A stretch of DNA of 64,000 bases from Chloroflexota bacterium (GTDB lineage Bacteria > Chloroflexota > UBA11872 > VXOZ01). The translations under genes were made by a program, and so were the position numbers. The stretch is from assembly GCA_963663275.1 (NCBI GenBank), contig OY760183.1:896001-960000 (forward strand). Reading direction: 5' to 3'. The notes beneath the pieces are model-generated. The model was not told where the DNA came from, searched no databases, and saw nothing but the letters and a program-made list of their open reading frames with translations. Positions 18,281 through 27,977 of the stretch are shown here, piece by piece (within the stretch, counting starts at the first letter, position 1; each line of letters opens with the position of its first letter).

Positions 18281-19758
18281 GTGGAATCATCCTGCCGCAG
18301 CGCCGGGGACTCCAGCGCGGAGAGCAGCCCGAAGAGTATCCCCAGCAGGATGCCCAAGCTGTGCACGAAGAGGCTATCCACCAGGCTATGCGCGCAGAAG
18401 GCGGCCAGGCTGCCCAGCAATCCCAGCGCCAGCGCGCGTGTCCAGGCGTCCGGTGCGCGCCGCCACGCGCCGATGGCTGCGCGCCACGCCAGCGCCAGGA
18501 AGAGCAGAAAGGCCAGGAAGGTCAGCATTCCGCCTTCCGCCGCCAGGTTGAGGTAGTAGTTGTGGGCGTGGCCCACGCCGGTGGGCCAGCCGGGCAGGGC
18601 GTATAATTCGTACGCTTTCGGGTAATTGCCGATGCCCACGCCCAGCAGGGGGTTGTGGGCGTACATCTGCCAGCCGGCGTACCATTGGGAGACGCGCTCC
18701 AGGATTGCCCAGTTATCCGGGTTCGGGCCGGCGCGCAACTCCTGCACGATGCGCGAGCCGTACACGAAGAGGTCGGTCACGCGCGCCAGCACGGCCTCCG
18801 GGATGACGCCCAGCATGAGGGCCACCAGCAAGGCCGTGGAGCCGCCGTAGGCCAGGGCAAAGGCGCGCAGCCGGTTGCGCTGGCTTTCCAGCAGCCAGAC
18901 CGCGCCCAGCGCCGCCAGGGTTCCCAGCCAAGCCCCGCGCGAGAGGCTGGCCGCAATGCCGACCGCCAGCGCGACACTCACGCCCCATCCCAATAGCCGG
19001 ATGCGGTGATGCGGCGCGGCCAGGGCCAGCGCCAGCGCGATGGGCAGGCAGAGCGCCAGGTAGCCGCCGTACGGGTTCGGTTGGCCGAACGTGCCGTGCG
19101 CCCGCATCAGCACGCCGCCGGCCAGGAAGTGCGGCGGGCCGACGCGCAATGCGGTCTGGAGCAGGCCGATGCCGACTTCCGCCAGCGCCGTGAGCAGCAG
19201 CACGCCCACCAGCGCGGCAAGCATGCGGCGGTTTCGCACGGTGGTGGCGGTAACCAGGTAGATGACGAAGAGTTCCGCCCACTTGCTGATTTCCTTGATG
19301 CTCAGGAGCAGGCTCTCCGCGCTGAGCGCGGAAAGCGCCATGGGGATCATGACGATGATGATGGGCAGCGCCAGCGGCGGCAGCGCGGCGGCGCGCCAGC
19401 GGCCGGCGATCATGCCCGCCAGCCAGGAAAGGCCGATGAACGCCACCAGCGGCTCGTTGACCGTAATGTCCACGTTGTCCGGCAGGCTGATGGTGCGCAG
19501 GCTGCCAAAGGGAACGGTCACCAGCAGCATGGCGACGCCGACGAGCGGATGGATGAAGATTGCCGCCGCGCCGACCACCGCGCCAATGGTGAGGAGCGCC
19601 CACACGGGCGGCAAGAACCACGCCACCACCAGCACGCCCGCCACGCCCAGAATGCCCAGCAGCCGCCAGCGTTGGATTGCGGCGCGTTGGCGGGCATGGA
19701 AGCGATTGGAGATTTCCGCCGCGCTTTGCTCTATCATGGCTTTCACTATAGCAGCCAC
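18250..19758 (-). CDS. O-antigen ligase family membrane protein
   Basis: Multiple TM helices; RAHGTFGQPNPYGGYL, SLSRGAW, PLLGVGIGNY and HAHNYYL motifs. The true start may be the ATG ~20 bp inside. Confidence 0.88.
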   Translation of the reverse strand: MAAIVKAMIEQSAAEISNRFHARQRAAIQRWRLLGILGVAGVLVVAWFLPPVWALLTIGAVVGAAAIFIHPLVGVAMLLVTVPFGSLRTISLPDNVDITVNEPLVAFIGLSWLAGMIAGRWRAAALPPLALPIIIVMIPMALSALSAESLLLSIKEISKWAELFVIYLVTATTVRNRRMLAALVGVLLLTALAEVGIGLLQTALRVGPPHFLAGGVLMRAHGTFGQPNPYGGYLALCLPIALALALAAPHHRIRLLGWGVSVALAVGIAASLSRGAWLGTLAALGAVWLLESQRNRLRAFALAYGGSTALLVALMLGVIPEAVLARVTDLFVYGSRIVQELRAGPNPDNWAILERVSQWYAGWQMYAHNPLLGVGIGNYPKAYELYALPGWPTGVGHAHNYYLNLAAEGGMLTFLAFLLFLALAWRAAIGAWRRAPDAWTRALALGLLGSLAAFCAHSLVDSLFVHSLGILLGILFGLLSALESPALRQDDSTLWQDEPAVR

Positions 19759-19778
19759 TTGAGACGAAAGTACGGTTC

Positions 19779-20588
19779 ATGGGTGAGACAAGAAAACCGT
19801 TGCGGTGGTGGGAAGTCGCCCAGGCCGTGCGCGGACAGCGGATAGGCCGCCGTCTGGTCTATCGGGCGGAAGTGGATTCCACCATGGACGTCTGCCACGC
19901 GCTGGCGCGCGCGGGGGCGGAGACCGGCGTGGTGGCGGTGGCCGACGGCCAGACCGCCGGCCGGGGCCGGCTGGGCCGGGCGTGGCATGCGCCGCCGCGC
20001 ACCTGCCTGCTCTTCTCCGTCCTCTTGCGGCCCACGCTGCCCCAGGAGCAGTGGCCGCACGCGCTGTGGCCGCTGGCGTTGGCCCTGGCGGATGCGGTAG
20101 AGGCCGCGGCGGGCGCGAGGCCGCCGATTAAGTGGCCGAACGACCTCATGCTGCACGGGCGCAAACTGGGCGGCCTGCTGGCCGAGGCCACCGGCGGCGG
20201 CGTGGTGGTCGGCGCGGGCCTGAACGTGAACGTGCCCGCGGCCGCCCTGGCGCTGGAACAACCGGCCGTCTCGCTGGCGGACGCGGTGGGACATCCGGTT
20301 TCGCGTGAGGGCCTGCTCATCGCCAGCCTGCGGTCGTTCGAGCGGTGGTACCGCCGCTGGCTGGCCGCGCCGGAGGCCGTGTGGGACGCCTGGCGCGCCG
20401 GTTCGTACCTCATCGGGCGGCAGGTTGAGGTGGCCGCCGGCAGCCGCCGCTACACGGGCACGGCGATAGACCAGGACCGCGACGGCTATCTCCACGTGCG
20501 CGCCGCAGACGGACACACGCACCGCTTCGCCGCCGGCGACGCCCACGTGCGCCTGCAAAGCGCGGAGCATGAGGAGCGCGGAGCGTAA
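19779..20588 (+). CDS. birA: Biotin--[acetyl-CoA carboxylase] ligase (no HTH)
   Basis: DSTMD, QTAGRGRLGRAW, IKWPNDL, KLGGLLAE and GAGLNVN motifs. Confidence 0.9.
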   Translation: MGETRKPLRWWEVAQAVRGQRIGRRLVYRAEVDSTMDVCHALARAGAETGVVAVADGQTAGRGRLGRAWHAPPRTCLLFSVLLRPTLPQEQWPHALWPLALALADAVEAAAGARPPIKWPNDLMLHGRKLGGLLAEATGGGVVVGAGLNVNVPAAALALEQPAVSLADAVGHPVSREGLLIASLRSFERWYRRWLAAPEAVWDAWRAGSYLIGRQVEVAAGSRRYTGTAIDQDRDGYLHVRAADGHTHRFAAGDAHVRLQSAEHEERGA

Positions 20589-20715
20589 AGACTGCGGAAT
20601 AGGCCGCGTACGCGCGTTGACAGAGAGAGTGGTTCGTGGGAGTATGATGCTACGTGGATGTAAGATTAGCGAGAATGCCGATCACAGATTCTGTACAGAT
20701 TTCGAGCTTGGATAG

Positions 20716-21042
20716 ATGAACACGCCACCGACCGTTACCCTAACAGGCATGTCCGGCGCGTCGTATACCTACTGGATCTTTCCGGAAAGCTGGTCCGGCA
20801 GCAATGAGCCGGGAAACTATGTCATTGCCAGGCCAAGCCAGCTTGCCGGGTGGGACATAATCTACATCGGCCAGACTGACAACTTCAGCAGAAGACTTGG
20901 CGAACACAAGAGAGAGCAAAGAATATCGCGGTACGAACCCACTCACATCTTTGCGCACGTAAATGCCAGTTCAATGGCCCGGCACGTGGAGGAGGGCGAC
21001 CTCATTGCCGCCCTGAATCCCCCGGGCAACAGGCAGAGTTAG
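20716..21042 (+). CDS. GIY-YIG nuclease-like protein
   Basis: GNYVI...IIYIGQTDNFSRRLGEH...EE.DLIAALNP. Confidence 0.75.
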   Translation: MNTPPTVTLTGMSGASYTYWIFPESWSGSNEPGNYVIARPSQLAGWDIIYIGQTDNFSRRLGEHKREQRISRYEPTHIFAHVNASSMARHVEEGDLIAALNPPGNRQS

Positions 21043-21057
21043 GCACAGGTCTTGCAC

Positions 21058-21345
21058 ATGACCGGCATCGAGGTCTTGGTTCCCACAATAGCCATCCTGG
21101 CCGTAGGCATCGCGCTGGCAGGGCTGATCTGGCAGGGGCAAAGAGAGATCAGGGAGGATGCCCGCAACATGCGCGAGCAGTTGCTTGAAGTCTTTCAACG
21201 AGTGTCGTGGATTGAGGGCGCATCCGGCATGGCGCGGGGCAGGGATCTTGGCAGGCCGAAAAGCGGCATAGAAGAGTCGGATCTCTACCCTGGCAGGCCG
21301 AAGTCCGAACCGGACGATACGACGCCGCCGGAGCCTCCCGGATAG
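21058..21345 (+). CDS. Small membrane-anchored hypothetical protein
   Basis: N-terminal TM helix, short coiled-coil, Pro-rich tail. Confidence 0.55.
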   Translation: MTGIEVLVPTIAILAVGIALAGLIWQGQREIREDARNMREQLLEVFQRVSWIEGASGMARGRDLGRPKSGIEESDLYPGRPKSEPDDTTPPEPPG

Positions 21346-21348
21346 GCG

Positions 21349-21510
21349 GGGGACAGGGGTAGGCATTCTACATCCGACTTCACGTGTCATTCCGAGCGGA
21401 GCGCAGCGAAGAGAGGAATCTAAGGCTTTCGCTGCAAAAACGTCGGTTCTAGATTCCGCGAACCCTGTTCGACGCTCCGCTCGGAATGACACTTGCCTAC
21501 CGCTGTCAGC
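21349..21510. mobile_element. MITE-like element (copy 1)
   Basis: GACAGGGGTAGGCA...TGCCTACCGCTGTCAG ends, internal GTCATTCCGAGCGGAGCG hairpins, flanked by a GGATAGGCG duplication. Confidence 0.75.
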
Positions 21511-21586
21511 GGATAGGCGGGGGACAAGCCCCCGCGCTACGTTTGGGCGACAGCATTGGGGTGAGGGGGGAAGACTCCCCTTACCG

Positions 21587-22315
21587 CTACTCTCCGGCCT
21601 CCGGCGGTTTGAGTTCGATCACCACACGCCGATCGTCGCCGGCGCCGGTAGAGTGGGTAGCCACGTCCTCATCGTCGGCCAGGGTCAGGTGGATGATGCG
21701 CCGTTCGTGGGGCGGCATTGCTTCCAGGGTAATCGCCTTGCCGTTTTCCCGTACCAGGTCGGCCAGGCGGCGCGCCATGCCGGTCAGCAGTTCCTCGCGG
21801 CGTTGGCGGTAGCCGCCGACGTCCACCACCACCAGGCCGTGTTCCCCGAGCTGTTTCGTCAGCATCAGGTTGAAGAGGAACTGGATCGACCGTAGCGTGC
21901 TTCCCCGTTTGCCGATGAAAGCGTCCGCGCCCTCGCCGGCAACGTTCAGCCGCAGCGGTTCCACGCCGGTCACCTCCACGTTCACCTCGCTGCCCAGGTG
22001 ATGGAAGAACTCCCGCAGCAGTTCCGTAGCGTCGTCCAGTTGTTCCTGTGCCAGCGGCAGTTCCGGCTCGTCCGTTTCCGGCGCGGGCGCGGCGTCGTCC
22101 GGCGGCGGTTCTGCCGGCGCGGTTTCCGCCGGAGCGCCTTCGGGTTTCAGTTCCACCAGGACCCGTGTCTCCTCTCCACCCAGGCCGAAGAGGCCGCCGG
22201 AACCGGCGCTAAGCACGCGCACGGTAACCGCGTCACGGGACGCGCCAAGTTGCTCGAGGGCGTTCTGTATGGCGTCCTCGACCGTTTTGCCAGTTGCTTC
22301 AACGCTTTCCGCCAC
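21587..22315 (-). CDS. jag: Jag/KhpB/EloR RNA-binding protein
   Basis: Jag_N (GKTVEDAI...GLFGLG), KH (IGKRGSTLRSIQ) and R3H (ERRIIH); follows yidC. Confidence 0.95.
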   Translation of the reverse strand: MAESVEATGKTVEDAIQNALEQLGASRDAVTVRVLSAGSGGLFGLGGEETRVLVELKPEGAPAETAPAEPPPDDAAPAPETDEPELPLAQEQLDDATELLREFFHHLGSEVNVEVTGVEPLRLNVAGEGADAFIGKRGSTLRSIQFLFNLMLTKQLGEHGLVVVDVGGYRQRREELLTGMARRLADLVRENGKAITLEAMPPHERRIIHLTLADDEDVATHSTGAGDDRRVVIELKPPEAGE

Positions 22316-23426
22316 CTTTTTTCTTCTCCCTCCGTCGCGACTTCTTCTTGCCGGCGCCGGGCGCCGGTTGCGGCGCGCCGTCCGTCCGCTCGTCGGCCTG
22401 GTCCAGGCCGAGTTCTTGCAGCGTCGTCTCCGTTAGTTCCGGGATTGCCGCGCGCTTGCCGCCGCCCAGCGCCAGGCCGCCCAGCAGACCGCCCAGGCCG
22501 GCCGCTTCCCGTTGCGGCTGCGGCTGCGGCGCGGGCGGCGGGCCTGGTGTCTTCCCGTTGCCTGCGGCCGGCGCAGTCTCCGCCTTCTCCCTATCGCCGG
22601 CCGGCGCAGTCTCCGCCTTGCCGTTGCCGGCGGCGGGCGCGGGCGGCGCTTGGCTTGCCTCAGGCTTCTCGCTCTTGGCGGGCGCGGCGGCCGGCGCCGT
22701 CACCGGCGCCAGGCTCTTGTCCCGCATGATCACCCATTGCTGGCCGATGCTGAATATATTCGATATTACCCAGTATAAGGCAAGTCCCGCCGGAAATTGC
22801 ATGGCAAAGAACACGATCATGATGGGCATGAACTGCATCACGTTCTGGATCATAATCTGCTGCGGGTCGTTCGTCATGCGGTTCATCATCATGCGTTGCA
22901 CCACCCACTGGGTCGCCCCGGCGGTCAGCGCCAGCGCCCCGGGCAACTTGAACGGCAGATCCACCCCTGGCGGCAGCCACACGTCCGGTTGCGCCAGGTC
23001 GCCGATCCAGAGGAAGGCCATTTGCAGGTTGGCCATGGTTTGGGGATTGTTCGTCACGCCGATGATGGCCCAATAGAGCGCGAACAGCACCGGCAGTTGC
23101 GCCAGTTGGGGCAGGCAGCCCATCAGCGGATTCACGCCGTGTTCTTTGTAGAGTTCCATCTGCGCCTGGGCCATGGCCTGGCGGTCGCCCTTGTGCTGCT
23201 TCTGCAACTCCTTGAGGCGCGGCGAGAGCAACTGCATGCGGCGCGACGAACGCAGGCTGGTGACGCTGAGCGGAAAGAGGATGAGGCGGACGATGATGGT
23301 AAAGAAGATGATGGCAATGCCGAAACTGGGCAAGCCGATATACTCGGTCAGGTCGTAGAGCCGGAGCAATCCGCTCTGCAACCCGCCGACCAGGACGTCG
23401 TTCCAAAGTGAGCTAAAGAAATCCAC
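22299..23426 (-). CDS. yidC: Membrane protein insertase YidC
   Basis: FGIAIIFFTIIVRLILFPL, NPLMGCLP, FLWIGDLAQPD and PAGLALYW motifs. Confidence 0.95.
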   Translation of the reverse strand: MDFFSSLWNDVLVGGLQSGLLRLYDLTEYIGLPSFGIAIIFFTIIVRLILFPLSVTSLRSSRRMQLLSPRLKELQKQHKGDRQAMAQAQMELYKEHGVNPLMGCLPQLAQLPVLFALYWAIIGVTNNPQTMANLQMAFLWIGDLAQPDVWLPPGVDLPFKLPGALALTAGATQWVVQRMMMNRMTNDPQQIMIQNVMQFMPIMIVFFAMQFPAGLALYWVISNIFSIGQQWVIMRDKSLAPVTAPAAAPAKSEKPEASQAPPAPAAGNGKAETAPAGDREKAETAPAAGNGKTPGPPPAPQPQPQREAAGLGGLLGGLALGGGKRAAIPELTETTLQELGLDQADERTDGAPQPAPGAGKKKSRRREKKKGGGKR

Positions 23427-23461
23427 CGGATTCGTTGCTTCCTATTAAGAGTCTATTCGCG

Positions 23462-23640
23462 TGCCCTCTCCTCGACGAGAGGTGTCAAGGGCGCTTCCGG
23501 TCCCCTCTCCCTCAGTGAGAGGTTTCAAGCGCGCTTCCGGTTCCCTCTCCCTGGGGGAGAGGGTTAGGGTGAGGGGGTCAGGGTCGGCAGCGCGCGTTTC
23601 CCCCTCACCCCGGCCCTCTCCCCAGGGAGAGGGAGTTCAT
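23462..23640. repeat. CCCTCTCCC/GGGAGAGGG REP-like cluster
   Basis: Several CCCTCTCCCnnnGGGAGAGGG hairpins with ~40-bp degenerate duplications. Confidence 0.65.
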
Positions 23641-23669
23641 CAATCCGGCCCACCGTCCCCGCTCCCCAG

Positions 23670-23829
23670 CTGACAGGGGTAGGCATACTACATTCGACTT
23701 CTATTGTCATTCCGAGCGGAGCGCAGCGGAGAGAGGAATCTAAGGCTTTCGCTGCAAGAATGTCGGTTCTAGATTCCGCGAACCCTGTTCGACGCTCCGC
23801 TCGGAATGACACTTGCCTACCCCTGTCAG
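23670..23829. mobile_element. MITE-like element (copy 2)
   Basis: Perfect TIR CTGACAGGGGTAGGCA...TGCCTACCCCTGTCAG; body nearly identical to copy 1. Confidence 0.8.
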
Positions 23830-23912
23830 CCTCTCCCCAGGGAGAGGCAGTCCAATCGCAGGCCGTCCAACTCGGCGGCATCTCTCGCGGCATCGCAATC
23901 ACCCGCGTTCGT

Positions 23913-24131
23913 TCACGGCACCGGATCGGCGCCGCCTGGGTGGAACGGGTGGCAGCGCGCAATGCGTTTAAGTCCCAGCCAGCCGCCCCGCAGCAGTCCG
24001 TAGCGCGCAATCGCGTCGTAACAGTATTCGGAGCACGTCGGCGCGTAGCGGCAGGCGGGCGGCAGCAGGGGTGAAATCGCCAGCCGGTACGCCTGGATCA
24101 GCCGCAGGGCCACCGCGCTACTCAGCGGCAC
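23913..24131 (-). CDS. yidD: Membrane protein insertion efficiency factor YidD
   Basis: [18 protein letters not shown]...[14 protein letters not shown]; GTG start at 24131. Confidence 0.95.
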   Translation of the reverse strand: MPLSSAVALRLIQAYRLAISPLLPPACRYAPTCSEYCYDAIARYGLLRGGWLGLKRIARCHPFHPGGADPVP

Positions 24132-24547
24132 GTCTCGTCTTCTCCCCGTCTCTCTGTATGCGGTTGGGCCGGCGGGTTGCGCGGCCGCCGCGGCTTGTAG
24201 TCCGGGGGCAGCAGTCCCGCGCGCCGCAGCGCCGTATACACGTGCCGGTCCAGCGCCCGGAAAGAGGCCGCCGCCGCGCCCGGCCGCGCGATGAACACCA
24301 GGTCCATCCCCGGCCGCACCTGCGGATAGTGCATGCGCGCCGATTCCCGCAGCCGCCGCCGCACCCGGTTGCGGGTTACGGCATTGCCAAGGCGCTTGGA
24401 CGTAATGAAACCGCACCGGCTGCGCGCCCGGTCGTTGGGCTTCACCAGCAGGCGCACGGACTGCGCCGACCATGCTTTGCCCTCCGCCAGGACCGCGGCA
24501 AAATCAGCCTGTTTCCTCAGCTTCTCCGTTTGGTTCCATCCTCGCAA
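24122..24547 (-). CDS. rnpA: Ribonuclease P protein component
   Basis: [23 protein letters not shown]; start uncertain. Confidence 0.93.
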   Translation of the reverse strand: MRGWNQTEKLRKQADFAAVLAEGKAWSAQSVRLLVKPNDRARSRCGFITSKRLGNAVTRNRVRRRLRESARMHYPQVRPGMDLVFIARPGAAAASFRALDRHVYTALRRAGLLPPDYKPRRPRNPPAQPHTERRGEDETCR

Positions 24548-24625
24548 TGCGGTTCCCGCGCCATCGCCGCAGGCGGGCGGAGAGCCGCGCCCCCGCGCTC
24601 CCGGGAGCGCGCGGAACCGGCGCGC

Positions 24626-24763
24626 TCACACCGCCAGCCGCGTGCGTTGCTTCGTGCGCCGATGCTTCAGTATGCGTCTGCCCGCGCGCGTGGACATGCG
24701 CGCGCGAAAGCCGTGCCGGCGCGACCGCCGCCGCACTTTCGGTTGATACGTTCGCTTGGGCAT
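24626..24763 (-). CDS. rpmH: 50S ribosomal protein L34
   Basis: Below the ORF-track cutoff; manual translation [45 protein letters not shown]. Confidence 0.97.
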   Translation of the reverse strand: MPKRTYQPKVRRRSRRHGFRARMSTRAGRRILKHRRTKQRTRLAV

Positions 24764-24878
24764 TTGCCAGTATTCCTTCTTTTCTCTATCTGGTCTTTAC
24801 TATAGCACTCCGCTGGGACTTCGGCAAAGCGCGGCGGTTCGCGGCGCAGGCAAGGCAGCGCGGCCGCGGCGGCGCAAG

Positions 24879-24959
24879 GCGGCCCCGGGAGTCTGCGCCG
24901 TCTCCTTAATGCTACGCCGAGAGCCGGTGTCTGTGGCGGGGCGCCGGCTCTCGCATTTG
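24879..24959 (+). repeat. ~80-bp direct repeat, left copy, with terminator-like hairpin
   Basis: GCGGCCCCGGG.GTCTG...GTCTCCTT.ATGCTACG.CGAGAGCCGGTGT...CCGGCTCT.GCATTTG, repeated at 27029..27108. Confidence 0.75.
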
Positions 24960-25276
24960 ATTCGCTTTTGCGGTCAATTCAATATAGAGAGCCGTAGGCT
25001 TGCATTGAATAATACGGTATGATAGACTGTCCGCATCGAGAATACCGTGCTATTGGCGTCAACGGTCGGATCAAACCCAATGATCCCCCCTGGCCTGCCA
25101 CCTGGGGAGTGTAGCGTACACCCACGAATTTCCCCTCTAAGCGCGGAATAGTCATGCATTAAGAAGGGAGTGTATATATGCACGCGCCGGCATAGTCCGG
25201 TATTTTGGGTGTCTCTTGCGAATGTTCAACGCCCGCCGCCGCGGAAGGCGGGCGCCTCTAGCGAAAGGAAAGGACT

Positions 25277-26937
25277 GTGAGACTAGTGTCTCGTTTGTTG
25301 AGCGTCATGCTGGCGCTCATCCTGCTGGCCACCGGCTTCATTACGGCGTCGGCGGTTTCGGATGCGGACCATGGAACAAACGTGCCGGGCGAATCCGACG
25401 TCAAGGAGTACGCGCGCATCACCATCACGCGGACCGACGACAATGAAATGGTGCATCCGAACACCAAGCTGACGTTCACCATCATCGTCGAGCGCCTGAT
25501 TGACGGTCATGCGATCCCCGGAGGGTACGATAGCACCACCTTTAACCTGACGGGGCCTGATGCAACCTCCGCCAATGGCGCGGACGACAATCTACGTGCT
25601 GTATCTCAATGATGAGAACCCATACCGGTCGGTGAACGTCGAGTACAAGGTAACGACCGATGACCTGGGCGCCGGCGTGGCCAGCCGCACGGTGCCGCTG
25701 AAGTGGACGTTCACATTCCAGATTGCGGACGAAGACTTGGACTCGGACAATGACGGCGACATCGATTCAGACGACAATCCGGCGAACCAGCACCCGTCCA
25801 GTGCAGTGTCTGTTACTGCCACCATCGACGTTGACGTGACCAAGCGTCCGGGCGCGGGCGCGGGTGATTCGGGCGTTTCGATCATGTTCGACGTGACCGA
25901 GCCGGACGAGATCGCCAAGGGCAAAGAGGTCAAGTTCGCGTTCACGACCTCCACGGGCAAGTACAGCCTCGCCGCCAAGTCCGTGATCGTCAAGAAGCAG
26001 TTGAAGGACGCGGACGGCGAGAAGGTGGGCAACGCGCTGCCGGTAGCGGTGGATTACATTGCCGGCGCTGCAGAGCAACGCGGTGAGCAAAGCCAAGAAG
26101 ACGACCCCCGAGGAGTACAAGCTGCTGCAGAGCGAAGTGGACGCCCTGGCGGACGGCGGCACGCTGGAGTTCTCCTATGAACTGCAGCTTACCGAGGTGA
26201 CCTCAGTAAGGACATCAACGGCGACGGAGACTTTGGAATGGACACCACTGATGCAAACCCGGATGTCCTGCTACAAACCGATGATCTGCCACTATCAACA
26301 CCCACGACAACGGTGGAGAAGTTGAGCGATACGTACGTGATGGGTTCCCCGCCGGCGCCTGAGCCGACGGCGGTGCCGCCGATTGGCATGAACGACGCGG
26401 CCACGGTGGACCAGGGTCCCGGCAATCGCATCGACGTGACCTTGGCCGACGGCACCGAGTTCAGCCTGTTCGCGGGCTACGTGGCGGACGACGGCGTCAC
26501 GCGCTCGTACCACAGAAGCGGCTACATCCGGGATAACGACCTGGGCCAGACCTACGCGGTGGTGAAGCGCGACGTGGACGGCATGGTGGTGCGCGTGTGG
26601 ATACCCGCGGGCAGCGACCTACGTGAACGAGGTGCCGTGGGCGAACGTGCTGGCGAACTTCACCGTCGATACGATGGTGGTGGAAGCCATCCCGTTGGAT
26701 GAGTTGTATCCGGTGGACGGCCAGTTGGTGCGCAACACCAACGACGACCGCATCTACGTGTACGCGGGCGGCGAATGGCGGTGGATACCCGACATTCCGA
26801 CGTTCCAGGCATGGGGTTTCTACTGGTGCAACATCACGGCGGCGGACGCAGGGTTCTTCGACCGCGTGACCACCGGCAACCCGTTGCCGCGCAGTGGCAC
26901 GCAGGACGATCCGAACTACCCGGTCTGCCACTCGTAG
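25277..26937 (+). pseudogene. Secreted/surface protein split by four 1-bp frameshifts (pseudogene or assembly errors)
   Basis: Signal peptide MRLVSRLLSVMLALILLATG; five overlapping ORFs join into one protein; the C-terminal domain is homologous to that of 42979..48747. Confidence 0.75.
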
Positions 26938-27028
26938 AGACGCATTGAAGCTGTATGGGCGGTACACACTACACAACCCAATGTATAGGAGTGACCGGGA
27001 AGGCGAAGGCGCGATGACCGCGCGCTGA

Positions 27029-27108
27029 GCGGCCCCGGGGGTCTGTACAGTCTCCTTATGCTACGGCGAGAGCCGGTGTTTGTGGCAGGACACCGGCTCT
27101 TGCATTTG
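27029..27108 (+). terminator. Direct repeat, right copy; hairpin terminator of the surface protein gene
   Basis: GAGAGCCGGTGT...ACACCGGCTCTT hairpin followed by GCATTTG. Confidence 0.65.
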
Positions 27109-27149
27109 CGTTAATGCGCCGTTCCCCCCTCACCCCGGCCCTCTCTCCA

Positions 27150-27337
27150 GCCGGCAGGAGTATGTACGCCATGTCCGTTTTCTCGTGTCATTCCGAGCGC
27201 AGCGTAGCGGAGAGAGGAATCTAGGGCAGTGACCCGCAAATCCAGCATCTCTAGATTCCTCGCTGCGCTCCGCTCCGCTCGGAATGACAGTTACGTTCAC
27301 CTGTCCGCTCGGAATGACAGTTCCATCCACCTGTCAG
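27150..27337. mobile_element. Diverged MITE/REP composite
   Basis: GTCATTCCGAGCGCAGCG...CGCTCGGAATGAC hairpins, ends in CCTGTCAG, embedded in a CCCTCTC/GGGAGAGGG element. Confidence 0.55.
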
Positions 27338-27380
27338 ACAGGGAGAGGGGAGAAGCCGAAGAGGTACGACATGCGCACAG

Positions 27381-27755
27381 GCCCGCTCCCGGTGTAGGGG
27401 CACGACATCATGTTGCAGGGGCCCGCTCCCGGTGTAGGGGCACGACATCATGTTGCAGGGGCCCGCTCCCGGTGTAGGGGCACGACATCATGTTGCAGGG
27501 GCCCGTTCCCGGTGTAGGGGCACGACATCATGTTGCAGGGCCCCGTTCCCGGTGTAGGGGCACGACATCATGTTGCAGGGCCCCGTTCCCGGTGTAGGGG
27601 CACGACATCATGTTGCAGGGGCCCGCTCCCGGTGTAGGGGCACGACATCATGTTGCAGGGGCCCGTTCCCGGTGTAGGGGCACGACATCATGTTGCAGGG
27701 GCCCGTTCCCGGTGTAGGGGCACGACATGTCGTGCCCCTACACCGGGAACGGGCC
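27381..27755. repeat. Eight tandem 40-bp units ending in a perfect 56-bp palindrome
   Basis: Unit GCCCG(C/T)TCCCGGTGTAGGGGCACGACATCATGTTGCAGGG; palindrome at 27700..27755 centred on ACATGT. Confidence 0.97.
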
Positions 27756-27977
27756 GGTGTTGATGGAAGGGAAACCGCCGCTGCCGGGGGTGGGGGCAAG
27801 AAACGGACGCGGTTTGCACGGCTTTGGCGAATGTAGCATGATTAAGCGGAAGCATCTGCGCCAATGCGCGCCGGGTTGAGTCCGGCGCCGTGTGGAGACG
27901 GCTTTCCGCCCGCGCGGCCATGACCGTAGGCGGGCAAGACGGCAAGACGTCCACACAACCCAATCAGGAGGTCGGTT

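Noticed and set aside
20971-21492. ORFs starting MSFRAERRTGFAESRTD (also near 23760, 36311, 42156)
   Set aside because: Translations of the MITE/REP element, not genes.
27381-27755. CRISPR array
   Set aside because: Units are contiguous and essentially identical with no unique spacers; no cas genes in the window.
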